A stretch of 64,000 bases of DNA from the human T2T-CHM13v2.0 reference genome, Homo sapiens. Below the pieces are notes generated by a model. The model did not search any database. It worked only from the letters and a program-made list of their open reading frames with translations, and was not told the DNA's origin. The stretch is taken from NCBI RefSeq assembly GCF_009914755.1, contig NC_060947.1; one strand, written 5' to 3'. The position numbers were made by a program, and so were the translations under genes. Of the stretch, positions 42,175-57,770 are shown one piece after another; the stretch's first letter is position 1, and every line of letters begins with the position of its first letter.

Positions 42175-43881
42175 AGCACTTTCCTCACTTTGAAGAGAAC
42201 ACTCAATCTTTTAATTAGTGGGGGACCCTGGCGGTGTTAGAGGGAACATAGTACGTATTATATCTGTATTCCTGTTCTACGTGAGTAACTTGTACACTTA
42301 TCTTTTGTTTTCGTTGAAAGTTTTCAAATGTTATTTATTTTATAAAAAGGTTAATTAGCTTTAGAATCTAGCTGTATGAATAATATTGGTTACATATTTA
42401 ATGTTGTTTATGACACTTTAGAGTTAAGAGGCTTTTTTTAAGTCCCTCAAGGGGAAATAATTTTAAGTTAAGCTGGGTGGCGGATCAGAGGAGGGTATGG
42501 GAGTGGTGAGAGGGGCAGGATCCTTGGTGGTGTGTCTCAGAGTTAAGAGACAGTCTGGAATGGAGAACTGCCTTTAGCTTTTGGCTTTTGGCAGTTCTCC
42601 ACCTAGTGCAGGGATGGAAAACGCCCTGTGCTATTGTCCCAGTGCAAAAACTAGGTGTTCTACGTGTTTCATCTCCATCCAGTTTCTGAGAAATAAGGGT
42701 GATGCCCTCAAGGGAGGTGGGATGCCCAGAGGCCATTGTGTTGGCACTTTTTGCCTTGGGTTGGGGAGTGCATTTGAAGAGCATTTTAACTAGGTTAATT
42801 TCAGTATAATTTGGAAAATTAAGGGAGGGCTGTATTTTGATAGGGGTTAAATGAATGAAAATAGGGGTGGTTTGGATCAAAGAGCAAGTGGGAGGGAGGG
42901 TAACAGTTGGATTTTGACACACATTCCAGAAACATTGAGTTGCATCCAGATGGGGAGGATTCCCCAACATCCAAATTAAATATACCCTGCAAGGAGGAAG
43001 ACTTACTGAAGTTTTTTTTTTCTTTCTTTCTTGCTAGGGAGAATTTTTGGCTAATTTGGTGTTCTGTGTCCTACAGCACTGCATATTCATGGACATTTAT
43101 TTCTCGTGGATTAAAAAACAAAACCAAAACCAAAAATATCCCATTTGAAGGGGTGGTATCACCTAGGGTAAAAACAAAATCATAGTAATAAATGTCACTT
43201 TTTAATGTCTCAATGCACACCAGTCACTGTACCAGGTACTTTACATGCATCACACACAGTCCAACAGTCCTAGGGGACTGGGCTTATCAAATCCACTGCA
43301 CCAATGAAGAACTCAATGCTCACAGAATTGGGTAATGCGTCTACTTCACACAGCTAGTAAGTGACAGGATGGGACTAGACTCCTGGTCTGAATTCCTCTA
43401 GAGCTCACACTGTTCCACTCCTCCCAGCCTGAGGCAGATCTTGGGTCTACTAATTCATTTCTCTTCTCAGTACTCCAAGATGTCTCTCAGACAATCAAAA
43501 CAAAGATCCTATGGCGGAAGCACTAAAAGCAGGCCTGAAAAAAAAGTAAGATGAGAGTGAGACTCAGACACAATCTGGGACTGTCTGTGAGGTTCATTGG
43601 CCTGGAGTCCTCCCTCCCTTGGCCCCAGATTCTTCCAGAGCTGACTCTGCCCTGGTCCCTTCACATGGGTTCAGTCCAGCACTTTCTCACATTACTGTGC
43701 CCTTCCCCTGGGTCTTCCCCAGTGTGCCCACCTGTCCAAAATGGAACTGACCTGCTGGTCAGCTGCACTGCATCCTTCTCTGGAGCCTGCACCTGCTCCT
43801 AGAGGAACACACAGCCCAGACTCACCTGCCTTCTCCAAGACTTAATTGACATTCCAACTGCCTATAAGTCCTGCCCCTTAC

Positions 43882-44535
43882 TCTGTCTGGAATGTATTCC
43901 TTCCGGTGGGTTCTTGGTCTTGCTGACTTCAAGAATGAAGCCGCGGACCCTCGCTGTGAGTGTTACAGTTCTTAAAGACGATGTGTCCAGAGTTTGTTCC
44001 TTCAGATGTGTCCAGAGTTTCTTCCTTCTGGTGGGTTCGTGGTCTCGCTGACTTCTGGAGTGAAGCCGCAGGCCTTCACAGTGAGTGTTACATCTCTTAA
44101 AGGTGGTGCCCCTGGAGTTGTTTATCCTCCCGGTGGGTTCGTGGTCTTGCTGACTTCAGGAGTGAAGCCACAGACATCCGCAGTGAGTGTTACAGCTCAT
44201 AAAGGTAGTGTGGACCCAAAGAGTAAGCAGCCACAACATTTATTGTGAAGAGCAAAGAACAAAGCTTCCACAGCATGGAAGGGGACCCAAATGAGGTGCT
44301 GCTGCTGGCCAGGGTGGCCAGCTTTTATTCCCTTATTTGGCTCCTCCCACATCCTGCTGATTGGTCCATTTTACAGAGTGCTGATTGGCCCGTTTTTACA
44401 GAGTGCTGATTGGTGCATTTACAAACCTTTTGCTAGACACAGAGTGCTGATTGGTGTCTTTACAGTCCTTTAGCTAGACAGAGAACTTCTCCAAGTCCCC
44501 ACCGGACCCAGAAACCCAGCCGGCTTCACCTCTCA
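43882..44535 (-). mobile_element. Solo LTR12 (ERV9 LTR)
   Basis: Minus strand starts TGAGAGGTGAAGCCGGCTGGG; four gctgattgg (CCAAT) repeats at 44356-44454; repeated ggtgggttc(g/t)tggtct...gctgacttc...gtgagtgttaca units. Confidence 0.92.
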
Positions 44536-47500
44536 TAAGTGTGGACCCCCTTGACAGAAGCAGCCCCTTTCTTGTATTGTAACTGTTCACTTAAAGCAGT
44601 GAAGCTTGGACACCTCTTCATCTCGCTACACGCATCCACCACACTCAAAGCGTTTTCAAATCTGCTAGATGGGAGAGTCTGATTTGGCACAGAATCTACT
44701 GGTTCTTGCTTTATAAGCCGGAGACTAGAGAGAAGATTTTGGAAACCATCCTGAGGTTTGAGGTCGAATTTTAATGGGGTTAATTATTTGAGACTGGCCT
44801 CTGAACACATACACCAGTTAGTAAACTTACCTAGGTAGTCTAAAATCAAAGCCTCCTCTATAGGCAGTCAGTGAGGAAAGACCACTGGAATCAGTGTGTA
44901 AGCAAACATCTACTGTGGCTAAATCCCTAAAAACCCAGGAGTCTTTCTAGGTGATTAGAAAATGGTTCCATGGCAGATGTGGTGGCTTTGATAAGAAAAG
45001 AAGAAATAATTCAGCATTCTTCCACTGCCCCTTGTCTTTCTGTTTACTCCTAAGGAAAATTTTGGTTTTAAGTAATAGTGCAGATATTCTCACTGTCCCA
45101 AAATTCTAACAATATGCATAAATCACAATTCCCCTTAGTTAGTACATTTCATCAAAATTCATACCTCTCCTAAGAAGTAATCACAATTAATAATGTTTGT
45201 TGTTTTAAAATGTATTCTAGGCTTTTCCTTCCATAATGTGCTGTAAAAAGTACATTGTGAGTTTTTAACATACAACATACATGGATAACAGTGTACATAT
45301 TGTTTTTCCCTCTTGCCATTGTCACTGAATGAAATGAATGCAAAAATCTTTCTGTGAGAGTACATATAGATCCACTTCACTCTTTTAACTACCCCTAGAA
45401 TTCTAAAGTGTGTATGTGCTATAATTAATTTAACCAATCTCCTCCTGATGGACACATTAGTTGTTTCTCATTTGCTGCTATCATTTGTAGAAGTGATATC
45501 AACATCATTGACCATGAATTCTGGGGCAAATATGCGTGTTTTCTTACAGGAAAGACATAGCAAAGTGTAAATTGGATTAAAGTGGAAAAAATGTGATGAT
45601 TGTAAATGTTTATTAATATTTCTGAAATTCTGTTCTAATAAAGCTGTACCAATTCATATTCTTGCATATTAATGTATGTTGATAATCTACATTCTCATAG
45701 GCATTTTATTTTATCAACCTTTTAAATTTTGGTCAAACCTTGGGGTGATAATATATGATCTCACTGTTATTTTAATTTCCCTGTTTTCTAAGAAGGTTGA
45801 GCAGAAAATTAACTTAATCTCTCATCTATAGAAAGTGGGATTCCTTTAGTGATGTCTTGGGTACCAGGATTTTCCTGGGCATGCTTCAAAATTCTGAAAT
45901 GTCAGTAAGATAGTTCCCTTTACTTTGAGGAAGAAAGATTTGATCAGAATCACCAGGTGCTAGGGAATGGGTCTATACAGGATATTCTCAGCTAGTGAGG
46001 AAAATCAGGAAGACCTGGGGAGAGAGATCATCAAGTTTATAGAGCACAGGTCCCCCAAAGGCCAGGATTCCATGATATATTCTGTATATAACTGTTATAA
46101 CATGGTTGTCAATATTTTAGATGTGGGACCTCTTATTCCAACTTAAGCCTTCCCCATAAATCAAATATCTGACTTGAAGGCAGAGAAGTCTGGGTGGGGG
46201 AACTGCAAGCCAATTGTCCTGTCTATTCAGTGCCCCTTCATCCCACTCAGGCCTGAGGCCACTTAAACCCACACATCACTGGGGTTCCCTAAGCACTACT
46301 GGGAAATCTTGGTGCTAGAAGACTCTTCCTCAGACATGGACTTGACATTCCTGCACAAGCATCTATCTGTGTGGATTCCATCTGCCCAATACACTGTATC
46401 CCAATTTTGTCGCTTAGCTCTCCAGCACTGCAGAAATGTGGTCACATACCTCTGCATGCCTAGCCTACCTTGCCATCCCTTCTCTTGTTTTCAAACCCCT
46501 CATTACCCACCCCACTCCCACCTGGACACATACAGGCACATTCTGTCCTCCTATCCACTCATCTCTTTTCCATTTTCAGCACAGGACTGGCTGCCCTCTC
46601 TTCAACCCACTGTCCTCATTAGTAACTTGCACAGGCCTTGCCTTCATGCTGACTCCAATCCCTGTCTCCACTCCCTTCGTAGCCCTGTTTCAAACTCTCC
46701 TATGGGAAAGAGACCTCTCCTACTCCCTTTACCTAGTATCCATTTAACATTTAAGAGGACGGTGGGATTCCTTGTCACCTATGTCTCTTTCTTTTGAAAG
46801 TCAACTTCCCATTTTCCAAAGTTATTTAGGTTAGTTCTTTTCCCTCCTGCATTCAGTATGGTTATGTTTTTCACTTTTATTACAGGTATTTTCATTTGTT
46901 AGTGTTTGGATGCCATATTGGATTTCCCCCACATTCTAATTGGTTTTAACTCTTTGCTTATTAATGGCAGTATTTTTTAAGAAAGTATTTCTTTTTATTT
47001 ATTAATTCCTTAACAACAGGCATTATCATAATACAGTATATTGCTTCATAATATTAGCTGGCCATGATTGTAAGAATGTGCCTGAAATATGTATCTTGGT
47101 ATTTAAATTGGAAAAAATCTATGTCTGTCTTGTACATTGTGGGGTGCTTTGCTTATTCAGATAAGTGCCTCATACTTATTCACTTTTTTCTATATACTAG
47201 TTCAAATACAACAGCTGAAATGTTTCAAATGTCTGCACATACCAGGGCTTAATCTGATCATATGCAATGGATTTAATACTTGAAAACAAGAAATTTAATG
47301 CCTCCATATGGCCATTAAAACCAGCTGAGGCACTACTATTTGTCATGATGTTGATGATGAGCCCTTTACTGCTTGTGTCTTTTTTGTTATTGTTGCCAAG
47401 TAACTGAACAACTCATGCAGCATTGCTAAGGATAAGGCCTTTCCCTATTAAGAAGAAAAAGATGACAACCTGCTGTGTGAACAATAGGGAAACTACCCTT

Positions 47501-48258
47501 ATCATTCTTGGCACAAACACTTCATCACTAGGGGTGCATCTTTACAAAAAAACTCTGAAATTTTTCTGTAAATATTCTGTTCCTGTTCACTGACATGAAA
47601 TTTTTCAAAAAAAAAAATATGATAACTCAGAAAAAAAAATGGAGATAAAATCCAGAAAATGTATTATACACCTGTCTTTATCAAATAGTTGGTATCTAAA
47701 GACTCCACATTAGGAGAGATGGAAGCAGTTATTACTGCCACATGGCATCTTGCCCTACTTAATTCCAACAGAAGAAGCCTCCTCCCACTGTGTTGTAGAG
47801 AAGATGAAGAATCTCAAGTCAGATCAAAGGCCAAGTTGTGATTACTGTGAAAAGAAGAGAGGAGGATATCTCATATTCCTTTTTAGCTATCTATCCTTTT
47901 AAGACATAATGTCCCATTTGAAATATTTGCCACATGAATGTCAAAAAAGTATCAGATGGTAAAATAATAGCGGTAGCTCAAATCTATGAAAAATGGAGGT
48001 TCATGGAAGCACAGATACTAAGCTCTTTCAAAACACGTCTTCTTAGTATTCCACAGTGATTTCCCCAAGAATAAAATCACTGACTTAAACTCTCATCTAA
48101 TATTTAACCCCTTTTTACAAGTAAGAATTTTTTTCATATAACATGGAAATTTAGAAATTGATGCTTTTAGATTTATCATCATGTCTCAGATTTTGTTAAT
48201 AGTCAGACATAACTTGCTCTATTATTTAATAGACCATTTATGTATATGTTTTTCTGTA

Positions 48259-48697
48259 CAGTTGACCCTTAGACAACTTGGGTTTGAACTGCATGGATCT
48301 ACTTATACATGGATTTTCTTCTGCCTCTGCCACCCATGAAACAGCAAGACCAACCGTTCCTTTTCCATTTTTCTCCTCAGCCTACTCAACACAAAGAAGA
48401 TGAATATGAAGACCTTTGTGATGATCCACTTCACTTAATGAATAGTAAATATATTTCTTTTCCTTACAATTTTCTTAATAACATTTTATTTTCTCTAGCT
48501 TATTTCATTGTAAGAATATGGTATATTATACATATAACATATAAAATATGTGTTAGTTGACTGCATTACCAGTAAGGCTTCTGGTCAACAGTAGGCTATT
48601 AGCAGTTAAGTTTTGGGGGAATCAAAAGTTATGCTCAGATTTTTTTACTGCATGGGGTTTGGTGCCCCTAGCCCCCATATTTTTCAAGGGTTAACTG
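48259..48697. mobile_element. Tigger2a-like DNA transposon
   Basis: TIRs cagttgaccctt / aagggttaactg with TA duplications; ~440 bp. Confidence 0.9.
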
Positions 48698-48815
48698 TAT
48701 AATAAACAAGCAAAGCATACTACAGGAATTTAAGATGTACAGCAAAACTTGATGTGTCCCTCTTTAAAGCACATGTTCACCCTTAAATGTATCTACGTGC
48801 TAAAAAATACTGACA

Positions 48816-50433
48816 CCTTGCTATTGAGGTGTTTCAGTTCCCTACGTGTTCCAGATATTAACCTCTTTAAGATGTATGGTTCATAAACATTTTCTCCCAT
48901 TTTATAAGTTGTCTATTCACTCTGTTGATTATTTCCTTTGCTGTGCATAAGCTTTCTAGTTTGATGCAGTCCGATTTGTCTAATTATGCTTTTGTTGACT
49001 GTGCTCTTGGGGTTGTATCCAAAATAATCTTTGCCAAGACCAATGTCAAAAAGCTTTTTCTCTACATTCTATTTTCTGGTAGTTTTTCTGCTTTCCTGTT
49101 TCAGGTCTTATGTTTAAGTTTTTATCCATTTTTAGTTGACTATGGTGTATGAGGTTCGAGATATGGGTATACATTCATTCTTCTGCATATAGTTATCCAG
49201 TTTTCCCAAAATCATTTATTGAAGAGACTGCCTTTTCCCAGTTGTGTGTTCTTGACATTTTTCCTGAAGATCAATTCCCTGTAAATTCATGAATTTATTT
49301 CTGGGCTCTCTATTACATTGGTCTATATGTCTGTTTTTGTGCCAGTATTGTGCTCTTTTGATCATTATAACTTTGCAGTAGATTGTGAAGTCTTTGATTA
49401 GATTGCAGTAATCTGATGCCTTCAGCTTTATTCTTTTTGTTCAAGATTGCGTTGGTTATTTGGGATCTTTTTAAAACCCACTTAAAAATGAGCAAATAAC
49501 CTGGAAAAACATTTCTTAAAAGAATACATGAGAATGACCAACAGTTATGTGAAAAAACGTTCAACATTACTAATCATCAGAGAAATGCAAATTAAAACTA
49601 CAGTGAGATATCACCTCACATCTGTTAGAATAGTTATTATTTTAAAAAAGACAAGAGGTAACAAGTATTGGTGAGGATGTCAAGAAAAGGAACCCTTTAC
49701 ACTGTTGGTGTGGAGGTAAATTAGCACAGCCATTATGGAAAACAGTATGAAGGTTCCTCAAAAAACTAAACACCTACCATATGACTAGTAATTCCAATTC
49801 TGGGTATATATCCAAAGTAACTGAAATCTGTATGTTGAAGGGAGATCTGCACTTCCATGTTCATTGCAGCAGTATTCACAATAACCAAGACACAGATTCA
49901 ACCTAAGTGTTCATCAAAACGAATGGATTTAGAAAATGTGGTACATATACACAATGGGATGCTATTCATCCTTAACAAATAAGGAATTCCTGTCATTTGT
50001 GACAATGTGGATGAACCTGGAGGACTTTATGCTAAGCGAAATAAGGCAGGCACAGAACGACAAATACCACATAATCTCATTTATATGTGGAATCTAAAAA
50101 GGTTAAACTCAGCTGTAGCAAGTAGAATGGTGGTTACCCAAGGCTAAGAATGAGGTGAGTATTGAGGAGAGGTTGGTCAAAGGGTACAAAATTTCAGTTA
50201 GATGGGAGGAATAAATTCAGGAGATCTATTATACAACACGGTGATTATAATTAATGACAATGTATTATATACTTAAAAATCGCTACCACAGTAGATTTCA
50301 AATGTTCTAACCACAATAAATGATAAATATGTGAGTAATGATTATGTTAATTAGTTTAGTCACTTTACAATGTATACATATATCCAAACATTATTTTATA
50401 TATCATAAATATTTACAATTTTAATTTGTCGAT
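48816..50433 (+). mobile_element. L1MA-type element with 5' inversion
   Basis: Reverse L1 ORF2 to ~49470, then forward ORF2 end/3' UTR; 15 bp TSD taaaaaatactgaca at 48801-48815 and 50434-50448. Confidence 0.88.
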
Positions 50434-50628
50434 TAAAAAATACTGACAGCCTTTCCCAGGAATAGCTAAAATTATTCCTTCTCCATTTAAAAATTCCCTA
50501 TAAGTAGGCGGTCTAATACCAAAAACCTAAACTTCAGCATTGAATGAGAATACTTTAGAGCTCTAAACATTTTAACTATTCTTCTCATTCATGTACAAAT
50601 TTGTTAATCATAAGAAAAGGAATGCTAG

Positions 50629-51490
<862 letters not shown>

Positions 51491-52679
51491 AATGCTAGTC
51501 TATAGAGAAAATAGCTAGAGGACACTTTTCCTGATTTATGTGTTTCCCTCCAATTGTCCAGTTGTTAATGCGCTATAAATAAGTTAGTCAGATTTATTAA
51601 TGTTTTTATTATTCGTGTTCTTGTTACATAACAACACCAGAGAAGCAGCAGACAATTCTTTATCACAAGAAAAGCTTTTGTTTCCTTAATACATTTTAAC
51701 TCCTTATTACAGATTACAAAGCCAAAAGGTTTGGTTTTCTTCCTCAAAATAGTATAACACCGTGCTGGTATAAAATTATATATGAAAACATTATGGGGGA
51801 TTCAAAGACTTAGAAGAAGAGTTTGGGCAATAAAAAATGTCCAATGTGGTCTGAATATATATGCTAATTTTCATTGCTGGTCACCTTACAAAAGGAGTTC
51901 TGTCTATAACATTCAGTGCATTCACCTATAAAACAAACATTTGTTGGATATCAAAGACAAAATTTATCAAATTCTCCTAATTTTTATTGTAGATGTAAAA
52001 CTGTAAGTTTGCAACATGCTCACAATTCAATTATGTGTCTTTCATTTTGTTAATCTGGCCTTAGTATCTGTATCCATGTGCAGTTTTATTATCAGAAACT
52101 TGAACAAATGTATGATACAGTATTTCCAAAAGTAACTGAAAACTATTTGTCTTAGGTGTGATGAATGCAAATTAATTCTCCCCTCCCTCAGGGTATTTAA
52201 GTATAGACTCTTTTACATAAATCATATATTAATATATACAATGTGAGTATCTTTGAAAAGTTCTAACATTGAGTATGCAAAATTAAAACAAATTCAGCAT
52301 TAAAATCAGTTACAAAACTTATACGAGTCACATGTTCAGGGATACTGGAATGAATGAGCTTATAGTCATCATCTCTGAACTAACATTTCATCTCTCCAAG
52401 CCAGTGTCTCAGACCAAGAACTTGATGATATATTTTCCCTCACTGAAGAATAGGGATATCTGTTTCACCTATTTCAAAATTTTTTAATGATGTTCATTAA
52501 CTCTAGTGATTTTTCTCTTAAACTGTATCTTGGTATTGAATAAATGATACCCTATTGACATTACTCAGTCTGAGAATCTAATATTGCATACAAGTTGTTG
52601 TGTGTATTGATGTATTATATATTTTTCCTACTTAGAAAAGGGCCAGCACCTTTCATTATATTTACAAAAAGAGTTTAGT

Positions 52680-52895
52680 GATATATTGCACAGCATGGTG
52701 ACTATAGTTAATAATAATGTATCGTATAATTCAAAATTGCTAAAAGAGTAGATTTTAATTGTTCTCACCACAAAAAATGAGAAATAGGTGAGGTGATAGA
52801 TATATTATCTTGATTTAATTTTTCCACAATATATACATACATCAAAACATCAGAGTGTACCCATAAATATGTATATTATTCATCAATTAAAAATA
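52680..52895 (+). mobile_element. L1MA 3' end fragment
   Basis: gcacagcatggtgactatagttaataataatgta...aaaattgctaaaagagtagattt. Confidence 0.8.
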
Positions 52896-52900
52896 AAATA

Positions 52901-53308
<408 letters not shown>

Positions 53309-55394
53309 TCAAACTGAACTGACCTAAATATTAAATCACTTTTTTTTCCACATAACCGACAATAAAATTATACGTCAGGCTTCAGATTTGGTTTAAGCGA
53401 ATAACTTATGCTTCATTTACTTGAAATTATCTTGACTTTACCCATGCTCTTTCTCCATGTTTAGTCTGGTAGCAAGATGGCTGAGGCAGTTCTGGCCCCC
53501 ACAAAAGCATGTAACAATTTGCAAAGGACGAGAGACAACCCTTGCATTCCAGTACTCCAAAAGACCATTTCCTCTCCTGATTATCCATTTATGTCACTTG
53601 TCCACTTTTGTACAGTATCCCCTGTGTACTAATTAGCGTAAGCCAGTCAGGCTCATGTCACTGAGTCTTATGAGATCAGATTCTCCTGAAGTACATGAGA
53701 TTATTAAATGTTTGATCTAAATCAAGATTCTGTCAGGATTTAGGTAGAGGAGAATGCATGTTATGAGACCTTCAACAATGACCACTACAATTGTACACTG
53801 CTGTATATTTTACTAGATTGATAATATTTAAGATGTTGATGGATGATTATCTACAGCAGGTTATGTGATAAAATTGTATTTTACAAGCTGTTCTGTTTTA
53901 TGGCTATGAATGTGTATATATATCTCATTTTATTACAGTTCTATATCTTTAAAAAATGAAAAATTCACTGAATCAAAAAGAAAGGCAATATTTAATTAGA
54001 AATAAAATGAGTTCTAAATCTTTCATGAATGTATTCTGTGCAGGGAATTCTTAATGCTTTCCATTATTATGAGAGATAATATCAAGCCCAATTATTTCAA
54101 GTTAGGCTAAATCTTTCTACATTGAATGTGCTGAGATAAAAACTCTTCAATTTATAGGTATTTTACCTAGAGCATAGGCCTTGGTCTTTGAAATATTTTC
54201 AGTGAAATTTATTTTTCATTATGCATTAAAGTTCTACTAAGTTTCTCACATGGGGCTTCCAATTTGGTTTGTCTTTACAAGGTTGGCTAGTTAAAAACAA
54301 AGTTTTGTTAGTTGCTCCTCTGTTTGTTCTCATATATATTTCTCTCCTCTTCCCATTTTGTATCACATGGGGGCTGACCCCAGGAGAAATACTTCTCCCA
54401 GATTCCTGAGTCAGCTGGTTTTAACTATAGTTTGCCAATTGGAGACACTATCAGAAGAAAGGAGAATTAAGGGAGAAGAAAGGGTATTTTTCACAATCTG
54501 CCAATGAGGCATGTTCAACACTAGCTGCTTCTCTATGGCTCCAGTTCCTACAGGAAATGATTCAAAATTCCTCCAGGAGATCCTGGTTACTGGGCTTTAG
54601 TAACCCCAGCCTCTTTATCTCTTCAGCAAAGGTGTTGTAGTAGCTTTTGAGATGGCTAATCTTTGATTTCCCTCATCATTTCCTGTTTGGTTTTTCAGCA
54701 ATTCCTTCTCCTACATAATCAATTTCCAGTATTAAATTTCTTCTGTCTTAAGTATTCTGAAGGATCTCTGATTCCAGACTGGAACATAACTGATACATAA
54801 TTATGCACAGTTTTATTTAATTTACCTGTACCTAACGCTCGATTATCTGTTTTCTGTCCCCACATTCCCAAATCTGAAATTGCTCTGACAACATTATTAA
54901 TAGCATATGTATTGCCAAATCCAATGGGTATATTTTAGTTCACTGGATACTTCTGCTTTCTTTGACACTGCTGACTACTCTTTTTCATAAATTATTTATT
55001 TCATTTATTTCTACAGTGTTCTTTTTTGTTTCTACCCCCTAATCATTTTGCTTAATTCCTTTCATGCTCAATTTTTAAAAACAATGTTGTTTTCTCACAT
55101 CTTATTTTTATGCTCTACTTGGATGTATTTAGCTAAACTTAAGATTTTATGTTCCATTTAAATGCTGATGGTACCCAAATTAATTTTCCATCACTAAATG
55201 TATTCTTACATTTCCTAAGCATATAACTAGGCATTTGCTGTATAATTTCAAAAATCTAACTTATTACCTTATACTTTCCAGAAACACACACACAGAGACA
55301 CTAAACCAAGCAACCAACCACAATATCCCTGCCCCTCTTCTGTTGATTATCTTGTTGATGTCACCATAATCCACCTAAACACCCAAGAAAAAAA

Positions 55395-55915
55395 TGTGGG
55401 GTTCATTACTGACCATTGTGTCTGCAGAGTCTTGCCTCATGGTATTCATGCTGTGTGTAGTCACCTCCCACCTGTATAACCAGCGAGATATTGCACAAAT
55501 GATTTCGAGGCTAGATTGTAAAAAGGTTTCCAGCTTATACCGTTTCCTTCTTGAATCACAGGTTGTAGGCAAAGCCAGCTGCCATTTCATAAGAACACTC
55601 AGGCAACACTATGGAGCTGTTCATTGGCAAGGAAATTAGTTCTCCTGCCGTAACCAGCAAGGAACTGAAGCTCTTGCTAACAGCTATGTGAATTAGTTAT
55701 TTTGGAAGCAGATCCTCCAACTCCAGTCAAGCCAGCTGACATACAGCACTAGCTGACATCATGATTGCAACCATGTGAGAAGATTCGGGTCAGAGCCACC
55801 CAGGTAAGCTGCTCTAGAATCCAGACCTACAGAAACTGTATGGGATAATAAATGTTTATTGTTGTTTCATAGCTGCTAAGTTTTGGGTAATTTACTAGGA
55901 TAGCCAATAGAACTA
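55395..55915 (+). mobile_element. MLT1E/F-type LTR
   Basis: gaagcagatcctccaactccagtcaagcc...agaaactgtatgggataataaatg...gctaagttttggg. Confidence 0.75.
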
Positions 55916-56729
55916 TTCTGTTTCTCTTATTCTTTACTAATCACCAATTTCTGTCAATATTATTACCCAAATATTTCTGGAAACTACTCTTTCATTTTTA
56001 AACACTACTGTTCTGGTCATTATCACCTCCAGCTTGAATTACTTCAGTGGCCCTCAAAATGATCTCTTGTTCCAGTGTGGTGTTTTGCAAATCCATCCTG
56101 CTATTCCACTCTCAAAGTGATTTATGTGGAATTCAAATTAACCAAGCTTCTTTTATACTTAAAAACCTTCAGTGGTTCTTTTTTCTTCAAAAGATAAAAG
56201 CAAAGTACTTGCCATGATGTAAAAAGTCTTAGGTAATCAGAAACCTTTTTTATTTTTTTCACTCCAGCTTTATTTCTTGCAACTTTTCAGCACTCACTTT
56301 TGTGCAATAGAAATACTGAACGCTTTAGACCTTGATAACCAGCAGCTTCATATCTATGTGTCATTTCTCCTGAGTTTGCTTTTTTTAGAACCCCCCCTGT
56401 CTTTTTCCTGACTAATTCATTATCAACTTTTGAGACCTAACTCAAAAATTATTTCCTCCAAGTAGACTTCCATAACTCCTGGAAGGCAGATTAACTATTC
56501 TCCTTTTGTTGACCTAAAGTACTATTCACATTCCTCTATCATAACACGTACTTTATCATAATAAAATTCCTTAAGCAGTGTTTTTTTCTGCTACTATGTG
56601 TGAAAGAACAAAGCTTCATATAGTTTTTGAATAGAAATCTACTGGTTGCATGCTTTATTTAGTTGTAGTCTGCAAGTCTCCAAATGGAACAGACAGACCT
56701 AGGAGACTGAGGTTTTCTGAACAACAGAA

Positions 56730-56733
<4 letters not shown>

Positions 56734-56781
<48 letters not shown>
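56734..56781. repeat. (TA)n microsatellite
   Basis: Direct reading, about 24 units. Confidence 0.97.
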
Positions 56782-56790
<9 letters not shown>

Positions 56791-56970
56791 TGAGATGACA
56801 GACAGACTTATATAGAAATAGAGATAAAGATAGTGTGGATCAAATTAATACAAGGCCAGTGGGTTATTTTATATACTAAGTGAGCAATTTACATTTCTGA
56901 AAGAAACATTTAATAAGTAAATAAAAAATATTTCTTGTAACAACCATGATTTGCCAGATTGCATTAATAA

Positions 56971-57330
<360 letters not shown>

Positions 57331-57404
57331 AACATAGGGAGATTCTTATAACTAATGCAATAGATTATGCATGGTTTGATCTTAAATACATTTATTTCTA
57401 TGGT

Positions 57405-57770
57405 CTTTTCTTTTTAAACTTTTACTGTACATATTTAAGGTGTGCCACATGATGTTTTGATATACATGTAGATAGTGAAATGCTTACTATAGTGAAGCAA
57501 ATTAACATATACATCACCTCACATAGTTTCCCATTTTTTTTGTGTGGCAAGAGCACCTAAAATGTACTCTTTTTGCAAAAATCCCAAATACAATATAATA
57601 TTATTAACTATAGTCTATGGTCCTCATATTATACATTAGATCTCTAGATGTGTTCATCCTATGTATCTACTACTTTGTGTCCTCCAACCTACATCTCCCC
57701 ATTCTCTCCCCTTATGATTGCCCCCAGTAACCACTATTTTATTCTCTACCTCTTTGTACTTGCCTTTTTT
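57405..57770 (-). mobile_element. L1MA 3' end fragment
   Basis: tgtacatatttaaggtg...caaattaacatat...ttattaactatagtc. Confidence 0.8.

Noticed and set aside
42485-42970. 161 aa minus-strand ORF
   Set aside because: Non-ATG start, lies in the duplicated downstream block, not open at this length in paralogous units
43878-44539. TSD for the LTR12
   Set aside because: Flanks (ttac / taag) do not match well enough to call
46030-48250. Non-repeat-looking stretch including ORF 46309-46797 and coding-like fragments at 47330-48030
   Set aside because: I could not recognise any protein family and the frames are interrupted; tBLASTx would settle whether it is a decayed pseudogene
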